A stretch of 64,000 nucleotides of DNA from Piromyces finnis finn (taxonomy: Eukaryota; Fungi; Neocallimastigomycota): the NCBI GenBank assembly GCA_002104945.1, contig MCFH01000007.1:1054001-1118000 (forward strand). Reading direction: 5' to 3'. The stretch's first letter is position 1. Each line of letters opens with the position of its first letter. Made by a program: the position numbers and the translations under genes. The notes under the pieces were generated by a model. It had not been told where the DNA came from and searched no databases. It saw only the letters and a list, made by a program, of their open reading frames with translations. Shown here in pieces: positions 28,162 to 43,435 of this stretch.

Positions 28162-29970
28162 ACTCTATTATTATAATTTAATATTATTAAATATATATAT
28201 ATTATAATAATAAGATCAAATATTTCTTTTATACTGAACTGAACTTTTATTTAAATTTTATAATATTAATGCAAAATAGTAAAATTGTGTAGTATTTTTT
28301 GTTAAAAAATAAAGATTCAAGTTTTTTATTTAAAATTTAATTAAAAATATATGATTTTGTATTTATTAAAGTTTTTGGTTTAAAAATATTATTAAAAAAA
28401 AAAAAATATCAAACACTTTTTTTTTGTATACATAATTTTAATATTCATTAATACATTTTTTTTAAAAGATTTTTTTTTTATATGTTAATATTTCGAAATA
28501 TACAATTTAATTATTTAATTAATATTATTTATTATATGATTAAATATAAAACTATAAAACTCCGAATTTATGTAAAGATTAGATTTAATTTTTTTTAAAT
28601 TATAATATTAACTATAGAATGTAATCTAATCTTTCATTTAAAAAAAAAAAACTATTGCAATATTATTGTTATTATTATAATTTTTATTATAATTATTATT
28701 ATTTTAATATTACTAACATAAAATTATTTTATTCATTTTTTTCAATTTATTATGAATCAATTTAAACTTTGGCCCCTTAATATTCAATTTATTTAAATTT
28801 TATATTTTTCTATATATATACATAAATTTTTATTTTTTATTGTCTTTAAAATTTATTATTTTATTTAAGAAATAATTGTTGCACAACAAAAAATATTACA
28901 GGTTAGATTTTATTTAATCTTTTAATAACTTTAATATATAACATATAACAGGATAACAGGAATAATTATTTAATAATTAGATTTTTAATCATAATAATAT
29001 AATAATAATATACATTAAAATTTATATTTTTATATAATTTAATATTTAATATATTCTTTAAACATATTATTGAATTACCATATTTAATATATTATAAAAT
29101 AATACATTATAATATTACATTTAATTTATTGGCACAATTATTTTGCGAAATGGTTTTCTTTTTAATCTTTTTTAATAAATAAGCGAAGCATTTTTTAAAA
29201 AAAAAAATAATGAGTAATTGTTTATATATTATATTAAGAATAATTATATATATTTAATAATAATAATAATAATAATAAAAGTTAATTTATTAAATGGATT
29301 AAATTCAATTAATTATAAAAATTCAATAATAAGCAATCGATATTATTATTTAATTATTAAATTTATAATTGTTTGTTTAACAATTTCCATTTAATTTTGT
29401 AAAATAATATATAAAATATTATATATAACATCCTTATTTTCCCAAGAAAACAATAAAGTAGATAAATAGATTAATTATTTGTATAATAATAAAATTTTTA
29501 CAGAAAATCTATTCATTTGAAATTAATTTTAAAATCAATTGCATTTCAATCATTTTTTTTTTTTTTAAAAAAATAATTCAATATCTTTTCTTATATATAA
29601 TTATAGAATTAATTTAATTTAATTTAATTCATTTAACATAAAACATTTTACAGAAAACTAATTAAGATAACTTTTAAATAATTAATCTAAATTTTAAAAA
29701 TTAGAATATTGAACTTAAATCTATCTATATATCTATATATATTATATAGAGATTTTTAATAAAGTAAATTGTTAAAAAACATAATAAAAGTATTAATATA
29801 TATATATATATTTATATATCATACGATTTTTAATTATAGATAATAATTATACCCAACCAGTCTAATCATATATATTTGCAATTAATAATCATCGTTTAAT
29901 CAATATTTCTGCATTTTATCATTAAATAAGAAAAGATAAATTTTAGCCTCATATAATTTATTTAGAAAAA

Positions 29971-32900
29971 ATGTTTTATTCAGAATCGATTTTATTAAAA
30001 AAAGGTCCATTGGCTAAAGTATGGTTAGCTGCTCATTGGGAAAGAAAACTTAGTAAAGCAAATTTTTTGCAAGCCAATATCGAAACATCAGTTGGTGCTA
30101 TTTTAGGAAATGATCGTCCTCCAATGGCTCTTCGTCTCTCTGGTCAACTTCTTCTTGGTGTTGTTCGTATTTATTCTAGAAAAACAAGATATTTATTAGA
30201 AGATTGTAATGAAGCAATTGTAAAAATTAAGATGGTAATGTTTTTATTTAAAAAGTGAAATATATTCTTATTATTTTCAAGGAGAAAACTTTTCTTATAA
30301 TTTTAATATTTTAAATAAATTATTATTATTTAATTTTAAAATAAAATAACTTGAAATTATAATTTCAGACATTTCAACCTGGTTCAGTTAATTTATCAGA
30401 TGAACAAATTATTTCCAATGATGCAATTACATTAAAAGATACTATTACTGAATTTGATATTTTATTACCAGAAAGAACATTCGAAAATCAGTTATTATTA
30501 ACTTTTATATATTTAATTATAAATATATTATTATATTTTAAAATTTAAAATATTTAAATTAATATTTAAATTTTTTTTTTTATTTTATTTTTATATTTAA
30601 TTATTTGATGTTATATTATGTATTTATTATTATTTTAAATAATAATAAAAGAAATTGGAATAATGACAAATTTCAATTGTCATTGAGTCAACCATCAATG
30701 AATATTTCAATTATCGATAAAGACATAGAAACACCAAAACATAATGCATATAATGATATGCTTGTAGATCCATTAGAATTTAACCCAGCTTCACCAGAAA
30801 TTAATTTATTCAACCCAAGAACTAATTTTGATGATTCTATGGAAATTGAAACTTTACGTGATCTTCAACGTAATACCAACGAATTAGAAAATGATAACTT
30901 AGATATTGGTATAGATATTGATGAAAACATTTTCCAGCCTTTAAATGATGATAGTGATCCATTTGCTCCAAAGACAGAACCAAAAATAGAAATAAATGAT
31001 TCAATTGACCAGTTAGTATAAAAATAATTTTAATTTTATAAATATATATATATATTATGATAATAAAATACTTAAAAATATTATTTTTAATAATATTATA
31101 TTTGTAGTGATATATTAAATGATAATACTGAAAGTAAAATAATAATTAATACATTATAATATTTGAAATAAAAATTAAATTTAGAAATTATAAAAGTAAT
31201 TAATTTTTAAATGATATTTAATAGATATATTTAAATCAGTTCCTGATAATATAGATAATATGGGTCCAATAGAAATTAAAGAAGAACCTGTTGAAACAAA
31301 AGAAAATATTGATTTAGATATTCTTGAAAAAAAGATAAAAATTGAAGAAGAATATAATAATGGAATAAATACATCTACTAATGAGGACAGTCTTATAGAA
31401 AATCAAGAAGAAAGAGAAAGAATTGAAAGAGAAAGAGTTGAAAGAGAAAAAATGGTTAATAATTTACCAGAAGTTGATATAAATGATTATCAATTAGATA
31501 ATGGAGAAGATGAAAATAATGAAGGAATAGACCTTAGTACTTCATTAAGTGCTCTCTCATCACATCAACAACGACCACAGAGAAAAAGAAAAATTATTTT
31601 ATACGATGATCAAATTGAATTATTAGGGGAACAAATATCTTCTCAACTGAAAAATCCAACTAATACTTTAGTTAAAGTAATAGATATATTGTATATTTAA
31701 AAATATTATTTTTTTTATTAATACTATATTTTTTTATTATTATTTATTCTTATTTAATTTAATTTATTTATATTAATAATTTATAATTATGTATATTATA
31801 CTTTATTTTTTGAAAGGATGAACTTTTATTATTTAGACCCTCAAAATATATAAAATTAATTAAAAATATTAGTAAGGATGAAATATTTTTAGAAAATAAC
31901 TCTATTATATTTAATATTGAGCTTTATCAAGATACTCCAATATTTAAAATGCCACCATTTCCACCATCTGAATATATTTTTAAGACTGATATGTTAGAAG
32001 AAACTGATAATTTAAATGAAATAAGTAAAGGTATTTTTTTCTTCTTCTTTTTCTTATATATCTTTATATATATGAAATTTATTTATATTTTTGCTATTAA
32101 TAACATGCAATTTTATTATTTTATGTTATAATATTTAGTTGATATTTCATTAGATAAGGGTGATGAAAATGATAATATTTTAGATAATAATGATTTGAAT
32201 TTACCAGATATAGAATCTTTTGATTTTACTATTGATAATACCACAAAATTAGACGATAATGTTGAAGAAGATAACAGTGTTGATGAAAACGCTAAAAGTC
32301 AAGATGTTGAAAAAAAGTTAAATATTTCAATGGATGAGATATCTGTAAATGAAGATAAATCGGAAAATTTTGATAATGAAATAAGTAATATTCAAGCTGA
32401 TGATAATGATGAAGTTCCGATTATATCTGCAGTTGAGCCAAATGGTAAATAATAATAACAATAATAATGATATATTAATAAAAATAATTGTATCTTTGTA
32501 TTATAATTTTATATATTAATTTTATTTAAAAATAAAATAAAATATAGAAAATGAACAAACATCATGGTCTTCAGTTATTCATGATGAATTTGAAGAAAAA
32601 GACTCAATATCTTTTAAAGAAACAGCTAAAGCTAAAGATGTAATTAATAGGATTAAAATCCATTAAGCAATATAATTTTAATTAAATATTTAATGAAGTA
32701 AAAATAATAGCTTTCTTATTAATATAATTTTTTATTTGTATATTTGTATAGTTAACTCGTAAAGAAGCTGTTAATTTCTTCTTTGAAGTTTTGTCTATGA
32801 CTACTAAAAATTTGCTAAAAGTAGAGCAAAACGAGGCTTATGGTAATATTAAAATAACACCAAAGGTAATGCTAATTATATCGTAATTATAAAATTAAAA

Positions 32901-32972
32901 GAATATATGAGGTTTTAACTATATATATAAATATTTTAAATATTATAGGAAGCTTTATTTAATCGACTTTAA
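29971..32972 (+). CDS. RAD21: Cohesin kleisin subunit Rad21/Scc1/Mcd1, multi-exon
   Basis: [54 protein letters not shown]; C-terminal winged helix [29 protein letters not shown]. Confidence 0.96.
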
Positions 32973-33380
32973 ATAAAAAAACATAATAATTTTAATAATT
33001 ATAGTAATTATTTGTAGTTTATGAAAAATTGTGAAATATAGAAAAAAAAAAATTTTTTTTTTTTTAGAACATAGTGATTATTATTTATTATTTTTTTTAT
33101 AGAAACTATCAATTTATCAATTTTATTTTATTTTTTCCCCATTTCATTTATTTTATTATTTTATGCTTATAATATTTAGCTCAATAAAATATTACTTAAA
33201 TATTATTAGAAAACAATAAAACATTGATATGATTCAATTGTGTGCTTTTTTATTTTTATTTTATTTTATTTTATTTATTTATTTTTATTTACTTTTTTTC
33301 TGTCCTGTTATATATTATATCTTTCATTTGAAGTAAAGAAAGAAAAGAAAAATGAAAAAAAAAAAAAAAAAAAAGAGAGA

Positions 33381-36300
33381 CTAGAAAGCGTCAAAGTTAA
33401 TAATGTGAAGGGCACGTTTCTTTTCTAATTCGTCTTCTCTCTATATAGTGATATAATATAAATAAATATTATTTATTATTTATATTAATATATTTTTAAA
33501 ATTAAGTTATATTACCTTTTCCAAAAATTGTAATAGTAATGTAATTATAATCAATATCACAATTGTAGAAACCAAGGATATAAATACATATGGTACATAT
33601 TCACTTGGGTTAATAAATTGTTTTAATTGCCATCTAAATATATTATGATAATATTATTAAAATAATTAGGTTAAACATTAATTATATAGTTTAATGATTA
33701 TTTTTATATAACTTACGATGAAGTATCACCATTTTCTTGTTGATATGGTATAATAATAAGCTGTGAATTTGGTATCATGCCGGAATAAACATTATAATGC
33801 TTTTGCTTTTAAATATATTTTAAAAAAAAATAATAAAAAAGATTTAAATTTATAACCTTTGTTAATATATTTGTATATAAATAACTTACTGTTCTACGGC
33901 TAACGCCGACAAATAACTCCTCTATGTATGAATTTGTTCTTCCTAAACCAAATAAGCAATAGGGTGTTTGAAGGGCATTATAATTTGACTGAGATAATTG
34001 TGCAACTATATAGATAATTTAAAGTTTATTAAATAAATCGATTTGATTTCAATTTATTATTATTTAATTTAATTAATTATTCAATAATATATATTTACCT
34101 TGATTTGCACGTTTTTGACCAACTAAATCAATCACAGTAAACTTATATGTACTACCTATATAATTTACACCAAATGGCTAATAAAAATTATAATAATAAA
34201 ATTACTAAATTTTTCTTTTTTTACTTTTTACTTCTATAAATTACTATTTTATGATATTTTACTGAATATTTTTCATTGTTTGAACAAATTGATGAACAAG
34301 CTCCATTAAGTGCTATAAATAATTATTAATATATATATTTTATAATATAAATATATAAATAAAAACATACTGAATTTCGAAATTTAAGATTTTATACATA
34401 CTTATTGTTTTCATAAAGAAAGCATCATTATGTAAATTATTAACGACGGTATATACTCTTTTATCAGCTTCTTGTTCACCAAACAATAATATATCAACAG
34501 TACCCTAATAAGGATGATGAATTTTATAATTAGTATTAATTTAAGATATATATATTGATTTTTTTCATTATTTATTTACATTTTCTTCAATATCCATAAA
34601 GGCAGCTGAACGAATATTTTGTCTTCGATTCAGTACTTTACTATGTTCAGAATAAAGTAGAGTTCTTCTGTTAGCTTTAGTAGCATTTTCATTACATCCT
34701 AATTTTGTGTTACAAGGAACAGATTGATAAATTTCAATAGGTTTGGTTGTTTCACTTATAGATAAAATAATATCAGGGTAACCATCCATATTGATATCAC
34801 CAATTCTAATAGGTATTGGAATATTTGCTTTATCATATAAATTATCATATTGAATTGGTGCTTTAATTGGAATTTTTATATGACCCTTTATATAATAAAT
34901 AATAATAGAAAACAAAAAAAAAAAAAAAAAAAAAGAAAAAGTATATAAAAATATTAATAACACTATATTACTAATACTTAAATGTATAATTATTACAGAA
35001 AATCAAATAAATAATCAAAAAAAAAAAAAAAAAAAAAAAAAAAATTATTAATATACTAACATCTCCTTCTAAATTAAAGTCAAATTCATATTTATCATCA
35101 GCTGAACATAAATCATGTACACTTCTACAATTAGTTTCGACATCTTTTGAACATAATGGAATTTGTTTGTTATAGACAATGTGAAGATTCCATTCTTTTT
35201 TCTTTGACCAAGCGCTACCTGTACTAATCCATTCATAAAAAACCATATCGATTGTACCATCCCCATCTTAATATAATAATATCATTAATATTAAAATCAA
35301 TAAAAATGAACGTTTTGAATGATTAGAAATATTTCAAGTATAATACTAAGAATAATTATTTTAAATATTTTATCATATTGTTTACCCATATCAGCAAAAG
35401 AAATTGGTCCAACATTATTTGGAAGTTGTCCAGATCTTGAAAAAACAAATCCTTTATCTACTGTATTTTTCCATATTTCATAAGTACCATTTTCACATGT
35501 TACAAATAAGTCTAAATAGTAAAAAGGAAATAATATATAGATTTAGTATAACAAATTAAACAATTATTTCAGAGTAAATAAAATTTGGTTTACCTGAAAG
35601 ACAATCTCCATCCAAATCAATGAATGCATTTGAGTGTGGAAGAGATATTTTACATATTTCTTTTCCTTTTTCAGTATCTTTAATTGATATCGGCTCACTT
35701 TTTATTATTAATAATATATGATTAGAGATTAAAAAAATTTAGAAATATTGAACCAATTTATATTTTATAAATATTATATTTACATTTCAACTTTAGTGCT
35801 ATTAAATTTCCAAACGTGAAGGTTATATGTATTAGTAACATTACTATATGGGTAGCCTATTAAATTTGGATGCATATTCCCATAAAAATCAATAAGTGTA
35901 GGTTGAATGTTCATGGATGATGGAACTTGAATATATTCATCTTTATATATTTATATATTATAATAAATATTAATGTTGAAATTTTATAAAAAGTATTTTT
36001 TTTTTTTACAATTAATTACCGAATGAATTTTGTTTTCCTTTATATAATCTCATAATTAATTCATTATTTGGTTTATCGCTTTTCTGTTTAGTTGCCATAA
36101 TAAGGACATCTAATCTTCCATCATAATTAAAATCGTTTGGAATTACATTTACTATATATAATGAATCTTTTGAGACATCAATATCTGCTGTTTTCAAATG
36201 TTCAAATGTAGTCGAGTCTTTGATTATATATAAATATAAATAATTAGTATATATAAAAAAAGTTATTTGAGATTAAAACAAATAATATTTAATATTTTAC

Positions 36301-36640
36301 TTGCTTGCCATAAATATACTGATAATTTTTGTAAAGTACTATCTAATACAAATACATCAGTGCTTTATTTTAAAAATTTTATAAATTTAGGAATTATATA
36401 TAAGTAATTTAATAATTTTTCAAAATCAATTATAAATATTTAAATAGAAGTATATCAATTATTATTTTACAATTTATCACTGTTAAAATCTCCATAAGCT
36501 ACAACACTTCCTGACAATGAATCGAGTCCAACTTTGACTTCTTCAAATGTATTTGAACTTTTTAAAAGAAGACGAGAATTAACTTTACTTGAAATACAAA
36601 TTAAAATGAAAAATATAACTATTGAAGTATTGCATAGCAT
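33381..36640 (-). CDS. ITFG1: ITFG1/TIP/LINKIN-like FG-GAP repeat type I membrane protein, multi-exon
   Basis: Signal-like N-terminus followed by VVAYGDFNSDKL; PNDFNYDGRLDVLI; IRIGDINMDGYPDIILS; FGLGRTNSYIEELFVG; TM segment and C-terminal REDELEKKRALHIINFDAF*. Confidence 0.9.
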
Positions 36641-38910
36641 TTTTGTTTTATATTATAACAATTTCTGTAAATATAAATTATAAATAAATATTGATGTTCA
36701 TTGCAAATATAAAGAAGAGTTTTAAAATTAGTATATCTACTTTTATCCTGATTATACATGTTTATTATTAAAATATATGGTATTATTATTATTTAAATTG
36801 ATTTATTTTTTTTGTAATTTTTATTTATTATTGTAGAAATTTAAAAACAGTATATTAAAATATTAGAAATAATTATATAATACTAATAATACTTGTGAGT
36901 ATACATGCCTTTTTAAATAGTTTAAAGATAGTATATAAATTAATATAAATTATTATGAATTTATTTTTTTGTAATTTGAAGAAATTTATTTATGAAATTA
37001 TCAACTTTGTAATATTATATTGCTTTTGTATGATGATATAACTTTCATTCTATTAATATTTTGTTGTTATTTTATATTTACTTTATGGATAGATATAATT
37101 TCTTTTTAATTCATTAATTTTTATATTTTAATTCCTGCTTATTTATGGATTTTATATAAATATAAATATAATTTAAAATTTTATTATTGTTATTAATTAC
37201 TTAATTTTGAGCTATTTTTTTTATATATAAATATTTATTATAATTTTAAATTTTTTAGAAATAAAATTCATCAAAATTACTCTCTTTATTTATATTTTTT
37301 TTATTAGTTTTATTTTATTTATTTTTTCTTTTTTATTATTTTTTTTACTTTCTCTATAAATGTTACAAATGCTAGTATATAAAACAATTTTTCTTCAACT
37401 GAATTTAACACATATTTTTAAAATTTATTAAGGAGTAAAAATTATTTTTTTATTCTATGTACAATACTTGTCATACATTTTTAAATATACATTAAAATGT
37501 ATGAGAAATGTATATTATTTAAGTTAATGTAATAATTTTTAAATAATTCAAGTAAAATAAAATTATATACCAAACATTTTAAATTTTAGTTTTCAATTAT
37601 AAAAAATTGAAAATGTTAGTTAAAATAAACTTTTAAGTGATCTTATTAAATATATATTATGAAAATTTATAATTTTGTACATTAAAATTATAATAATTAT
37701 GAATTTAAATAATATATTTTGCTTTCAATATTTTTTATTTCTTTTTTTTTTAAATATAAATTTACAAAAACTGAAAAACAATCATTTATTATATTAATTT
37801 TTTATTTTAATATTGATGGATTGTTGAATATTATGTATGAAACAAAATATTTATAGAGTTGAAAAATTTTCTATTTCTTCTGTTTTTATTGTGTTTTTTT
37901 TATAAAAATTATTCAAATATATTTTATTTTAATTATTATGAGATTAAAGTTTGTTAGTGTAATAATTATATATTTTAATCTAATTTCATTGTATTACAAA
38001 ACTATTACTATCTATATAAAATTTAATATAATTTATTATATTATGAATATTTTTATAATAAATAAGATTTATATTTAAAATTCTGTAAACATTTAACAAT
38101 AAATGTAATATATAATTTTATTTATCAAGAATTTATATAAATCATTATTTCTAAAACTTTAATAATTAGAATATATATAATTTAATATTAACCAATAATA
38201 TTAGCGAATAAGATTAATAATAATATTTTGTATACATTTTTTAATATTAATTTTTATTAATTTAATATAACCAGTAATTGTAAGTATTAATATATTTATT
38301 TATTTTCATTCACGAATTTTGTATAATTATCATAAAGTAATTTTTTTTCTCTTTTTCGTTAATCAAATAATATTTATTTTTATTTTTTTTTTTTTTTAAA
38401 ATAATAATAAAAAGTTATTATTATAAATTGAATTTATTTACATATTTTTTTGAATAAGAAATAATCAAAATATAATTTATTCATAATAACTATATCAAAG
38501 TACAAATTGAAATATTAAAAAAAAAAAAAAACAGTAAATGTATTTCAAAGAATAAAAAAAAACAAGAACAAATTATAAAAACTGAAAGATATTTTTTTTA
38601 ATAATAAACATTCAAATATCATAAAGGAAGTAATAAAATTCTTAAAATAAAATAAAATATTTAATAAAATAAAAATTTATTTATTAAATCAATTTTTATT
38701 ATAAAAATAATGATATAAGATTTAAAAAGTGAAAAATTAAAATTAGTGGTTTTTTTTTCTTATTTATCAAATAACATAAAATATATATAGAAAAACAAGA
38801 AACAAGGAATATATATAGATTTTATTAAAATATTTATAAAATCACAAAAATTCATTTATATAAATTAATAATAGAAAAACAAATATCTTTATCTTTGTTT
38901 AAATATAAAA

Positions 38911-39711
38911 ATGTCTGATTCAATAGTAGAGACAGAAGAATTTACTGGAAATAATCATAAATTAAAAAGAAGAACAACAGTGAGAGAAAAAGTTAATGAA
39001 ACTGTTGAAAAAAGTTGGAGATCTGTTACTACTGGTTTGGGAAAAATATTAGAAACCAAATTTACAAATACTTTAGTCATAATTCTACTTGTTATTGATA
39101 TAGGTATTGTAGTTGCTGATTTGTTAATCAAGTTATATAAAAGAGAATATCCAGAACATTATGAATTATTGCATAAAGTAGATGATATTTTCTATTGGAT
39201 TATTTTTGGGTTACGTACTTTTTATCTTTTTATGATTTTTGTTCGAGTCTCTTCATATGGCATGATATATTTAGCAGACCCATTAAATCTTTTTGATGCA
39301 TTTATTGTTATTATTGCAGCTGTGTTCTTTTATATATTCAAAGAAAGAGATAGAGTTATTGCTTCCTTTTTTATATTGTGTCGATTCTGGCGTATAAATA
39401 GAGTGTTAGAAGTCACAGAACAAAAGAGAAAAGATAAACATGAAAAAAATTACAAAAGTCTTCAACGTAGAATGACAACAAGATTAGAAGGAGAAAGAAA
39501 TATTAATGCAAAACTTCGTAAGGAATTAGAAGAAAATAATCATAATCTTGATATATTAATGGGAGGTGAATTAGTAACTAATACAAATAGTTCTAAAATA
39601 TCGAATAATAAAGGTGTAAAATTTAATGATAGTTCGAGTACTAATAACAAAAACAATGGAAGTTTAGAATATAATTATTTAAATGAATTTGAAAATTATT
39701 TTAATTTCTAA
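38911..39711 (+). CDS. Hv1-like voltage-gated proton channel (4-TM voltage-sensor domain plus coiled coil), intronless
   Basis: S1 LLVIDIGIVVADL (mid-helix Asp); S3 LFDAFIV; S4 RFWRINR matching the Hv signature RxWRxxR; C-terminal coiled coil; no pore domain. Confidence 0.85.
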   Translation: MSDSIVETEEFTGNNHKLKRRTTVREKVNETVEKSWRSVTTGLGKILETKFTNTLVIILLVIDIGIVVADLLIKLYKREYPEHYELLHKVDDIFYWIIFGLRTFYLFMIFVRVSSYGMIYLADPLNLFDAFIVIIAAVFFYIFKERDRVIASFFILCRFWRINRVLEVTEQKRKDKHEKNYKSLQRRMTTRLEGERNINAKLRKELEENNHNLDILMGGELVTNTNSSKISNNKGVKFNDSSSTNNKNNGSLEYNYLNEFENYFNF

Positions 39712-40760
39712 AGATAAAGTCAATGTATACTTTTTTAAACATATTCATATTACATAAGTATTTATACTATGAAAAAAATATATAATTGTTTGTTTTCATA
39801 TATTATATCTATTATAAAAATTTAACTAGAAATATAAATCATTAAATTATTCTTTGTAAAAAATTAACTTTTTTATAATTTTTTTTGTTTAAATCTTAGA
39901 TATTTATTAAATGATATTATAGAAAAATAAATAAAAACATAAAAAATTAAAATTAAGCAATAATTATAATTATAAATAATAATAATTAACAAAAAAATTA
40001 ATATAGGATTGAATATATATTTATAAAAAAAAATAGAATTAGATGAAAAAAATAATATAGATGTTTTAAATATATTAATTAATATGGTTAAAGCTTGTAG
40101 TATTAAAAAAATTATATATAAATTACAAACTTTTGTGATAAAAAAACATAAAAATAATAAAGAAAAATAGAATAAATAATAAATATTGGGGTTATAATTT
40201 TATTGTATAGTGTAATAATATAATTTTTTTTTTTTTTTTTTTTTTTTTTTAGTACCAATTTTTTGATTAATTTTTAAGATATAAAGAAATAAAAACCTAA
40301 AAGTTTTTTTAATTTGATTATGTAAAAAATATATAATATATGTAATATATTATATAATTAATTACTTTAATTTTAAGTTTATATTTAAAAATTATTTTTA
40401 TTTTTATTTTTATTTTATTTTATTTTATTTTTTTTTTTTTTTTTTTTTTTTTGAAAATAAGCAACTTTTTGAATAGCAATTTAACATTTAAAATTGAAAT
40501 AATCTTAAAATAATAATAAAATAAAACAAAAATTTAAATATATATATTATTTTTACTATAAAAATTATCCTTTGCTATTTCAATTAATTTTACTTCATAT
40601 ATTATATTTCCCCTTTTTTTCTTCTTCTTCAAAATAAAGATAAAACAACAATAATAAAACACTAAAAACAAAAATCATTCCAACTTTTTTGTTGTAAAAG
40701 ATATTTTAAGGAAAAAAGAAAACAAACCAAAATAAAGAAAAAAAAAATAAAAAAAAAAAA

Positions 40761-42278
40761 ATGGATACGTAAGAACATTTTTTTTTTCTTTCTTTTTTAA
40801 TTCTCTAATTCTTTATTAACATTATGGATATCAATTATAATTTTTCATTTTACAATTAATATATATAAACATATCAACATTCATTTTAAAATTATAATAT
40901 ATATAAATTTTATTTATTATATATTTATCATTAAATAAACTCAAGTTCTTAACACTTTTCTAAATTTTTAATGAAGCAGAAGAAATTAATATAAATTCAA
41001 ATAATACAATAGTATTAATTATTACATGATTTTTTATATTACTGTTTAATTATTTTAAATTACTTTGTTCTTTTTTCTTTTTTAATAAAAAAAAAGAGTA
41101 TAAAGAATAATATAAAATAAATTAAATAAAAAAAAAAGAAAGAAAGAAAAAAAGAAGGATTTGTTATTGATAAATAAATAACATACTGAAGAAATATTTT
41201 ATTTATATTTGCAAAAATATATTGCCATTTTTACTCTATTAACAATATTAATAAATAAAAAAATTATTTTTCATTATTATATAATATAAATATATTAGCC
41301 GTCAAATTCAAATTAAATCTTTACTTCAAAATGTAACTAATGTTACAGAAAAATATAATAATATTTATGAAGTATTATGGTATGATCCAAAAATTAATCG
41401 TACCCTTTGTCTTAGTATAACATTACCAACCCAATTTCCACAAGCCTCACCAGTCTTTAGAATAACACCACAAATATATCATCCTTGGGTTGATGCGGGT
41501 GGTATGATTGTTGGTCACAAAAAATTAGGAAGTGGATGGAATCAACATGTTTCCCTTGCAAATGTTACAAATGAAATTATAAAAGAATTAAAAACAGGAA
41601 ATGGAAATAATAATGGTATAAGTTTAGCACCACCACAACAATCATATCCGTAAGTTATTATATAAACAATATAAAAATTTTGGGACAAAAGTATTTGTTC
41701 ATTATTAATTTTTTTCTTTTAAATAAATGTTTTATTTTTTATTTTATTATTATAATATATAATTATAATGTAAAAAATATATTATTTTTAATATATTGTT
41801 TATATAATAATTTCAGTGGTATGGGCATTAATTCTTCATTACCAAGAATTAATAATCCTTACTATTACAACAAACCACCACCACAAATGCCACCACAAGT
41901 TCCTCCACCACCAAGACCATATCAAAACTATCAAAGACTAAGTTTAAATCGACCAAATGCAACAAACACTATTCCAAACTATTCAATCAATAGAAACGAT
42001 GTTGATATTAAGGATTTAGATAATATGAGGTATATATTAAAAATGTGTCTATTTTCATATAAAAATAATCAATATATAATTAATAAATAATGTTTTTGAT
42101 CGTTATAATTTTCTTTTTTAAGCATAGAGGAATTGAAAGAATTATCAAGTAATGAGAGTAAACGTAAAGAATACATAAACAGTAAAGAGAAAATAAAAAA
42201 AATGTATAACGCTAAAGAAGAAATGAGTACAAGTAATAAAAATTTGGCAGGTATATTTAACATGTATAACATATAACA

Positions 42279-42329
<51 letters not shown>

Positions 42330-42876
42330 ATTTAATAAATTAATTGTATTAATTGTTAAATTTTATAAAAGAAAAAACCTTATCATATAAAGATAATTAT
42401 GAAAGATTAACATCTGAATTAAAAGAGCAACAGGAAATTCTTAAAAATGAAAAAGCTCAATTTGAAACCTTAATGATTGAACAAAATAAATATATTTCTG
42501 TAAGTGTTTGCTATTTATTATATATTTTAACAGTAAAAAACAAAATTTAAATAAAGCAAAACATTAATATAGATACAGATACAATACAAAGATTAAAATA
42601 TTTTTATTAATTTATTATCATTATTATCATTATTTTATTTTTGTTTATTATAAAAATTAGTATTTTTCTCCAAATAAATTATATTCATCATTACAACAGG
42701 CCACAGTAAAAGCTGATGGGGAATCAGAAGGGATAGCGAATGACTTTTTAGTAGGATCTATTTCAGCTGATGAATTTCTGAAGAAGTACCGTATTGCAAG
42801 GAAATTATATCATTTAAGAGCAGAAAAAATAGAACTATTTGCATGCAATCAAGATTCTTTGTTTATAAAGAAATGA
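40761..42876 (+). CDS. VPS37: ESCRT-I subunit VPS37 (N-terminal UEV-like domain, Pro-rich linker, Mod(r) domain), multi-exon
   Basis: ATG GAT AC|C CGT splice gives MDTRQIQIKSL..ITLPTQFPQASPVFRITPQIYHPWVD. C-terminal KADGESEGIANDFLVGSISADEFLKKYRIARKLYHLRAEKIE. Confidence 0.85.
42280..42325. repeat. (ATT)n microsatellite in a VPS37 intron
   Basis: Directly visible. Confidence 0.9.
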
Positions 42877-43435
42877 AAATAAATACAATAATAAAATGCA
42901 TAAATATAATTCCATTTATATATATATATATATATATATAAACAAAACTCATCATTTATTCAAAGTAAAATAAAATGAAATAAAATGAAATAAAATAATA
43001 AGATAGGGTATTGAAAGAATATCAAATTATTAAATAATAAAAAGAGAGTATTTGTATTATAGTTTTAATTTTAGTATTAAATAAAATAATAATATCAATA
43101 TTTTAGGAAAAAAATAATAATAAAAAAAATGTATAGCATTTTTCCCCTTTAGTAATTATTGTCACAAATGAGAAAATCAATAATTAAATAAATGAACAAA
43201 TAAAAAATGTATTCATTTTAGCAATTTTTATTTTAATAGTTTTATTTCATTATATTAATAAATATAATCAGTTATTATATATATATTATATAATTATTTT
43301 ATTATTTTACAATTTATTATTGAATTATAAGAGGTTATGTCAATTTTTTTTTATAAAATATAAAATATTATATACATTTTACATAATCTTATAATTGTTG
43401 ATAAATATAAATAATGATAAAAAATAATTTAACTT

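Noticed and set aside
28876-28889. RFX X-box upstream of WDR35 (TTGTTGCACAACAA near-palindrome)
   Set aside because: The half-site spacing is too short for the canonical 13-14-bp X-box, and there is only a single instance.
36641-38910. Hidden genes or RNAs in the long, very AT-rich intergenic tracts (also 28.2-29.9, 45.0-46.7 and 60.7-62.8 kb)
   Set aside because: No ORFs with plausible composition, no tRNA/rRNA-like GC-rich folds and no terminal repeats were found.
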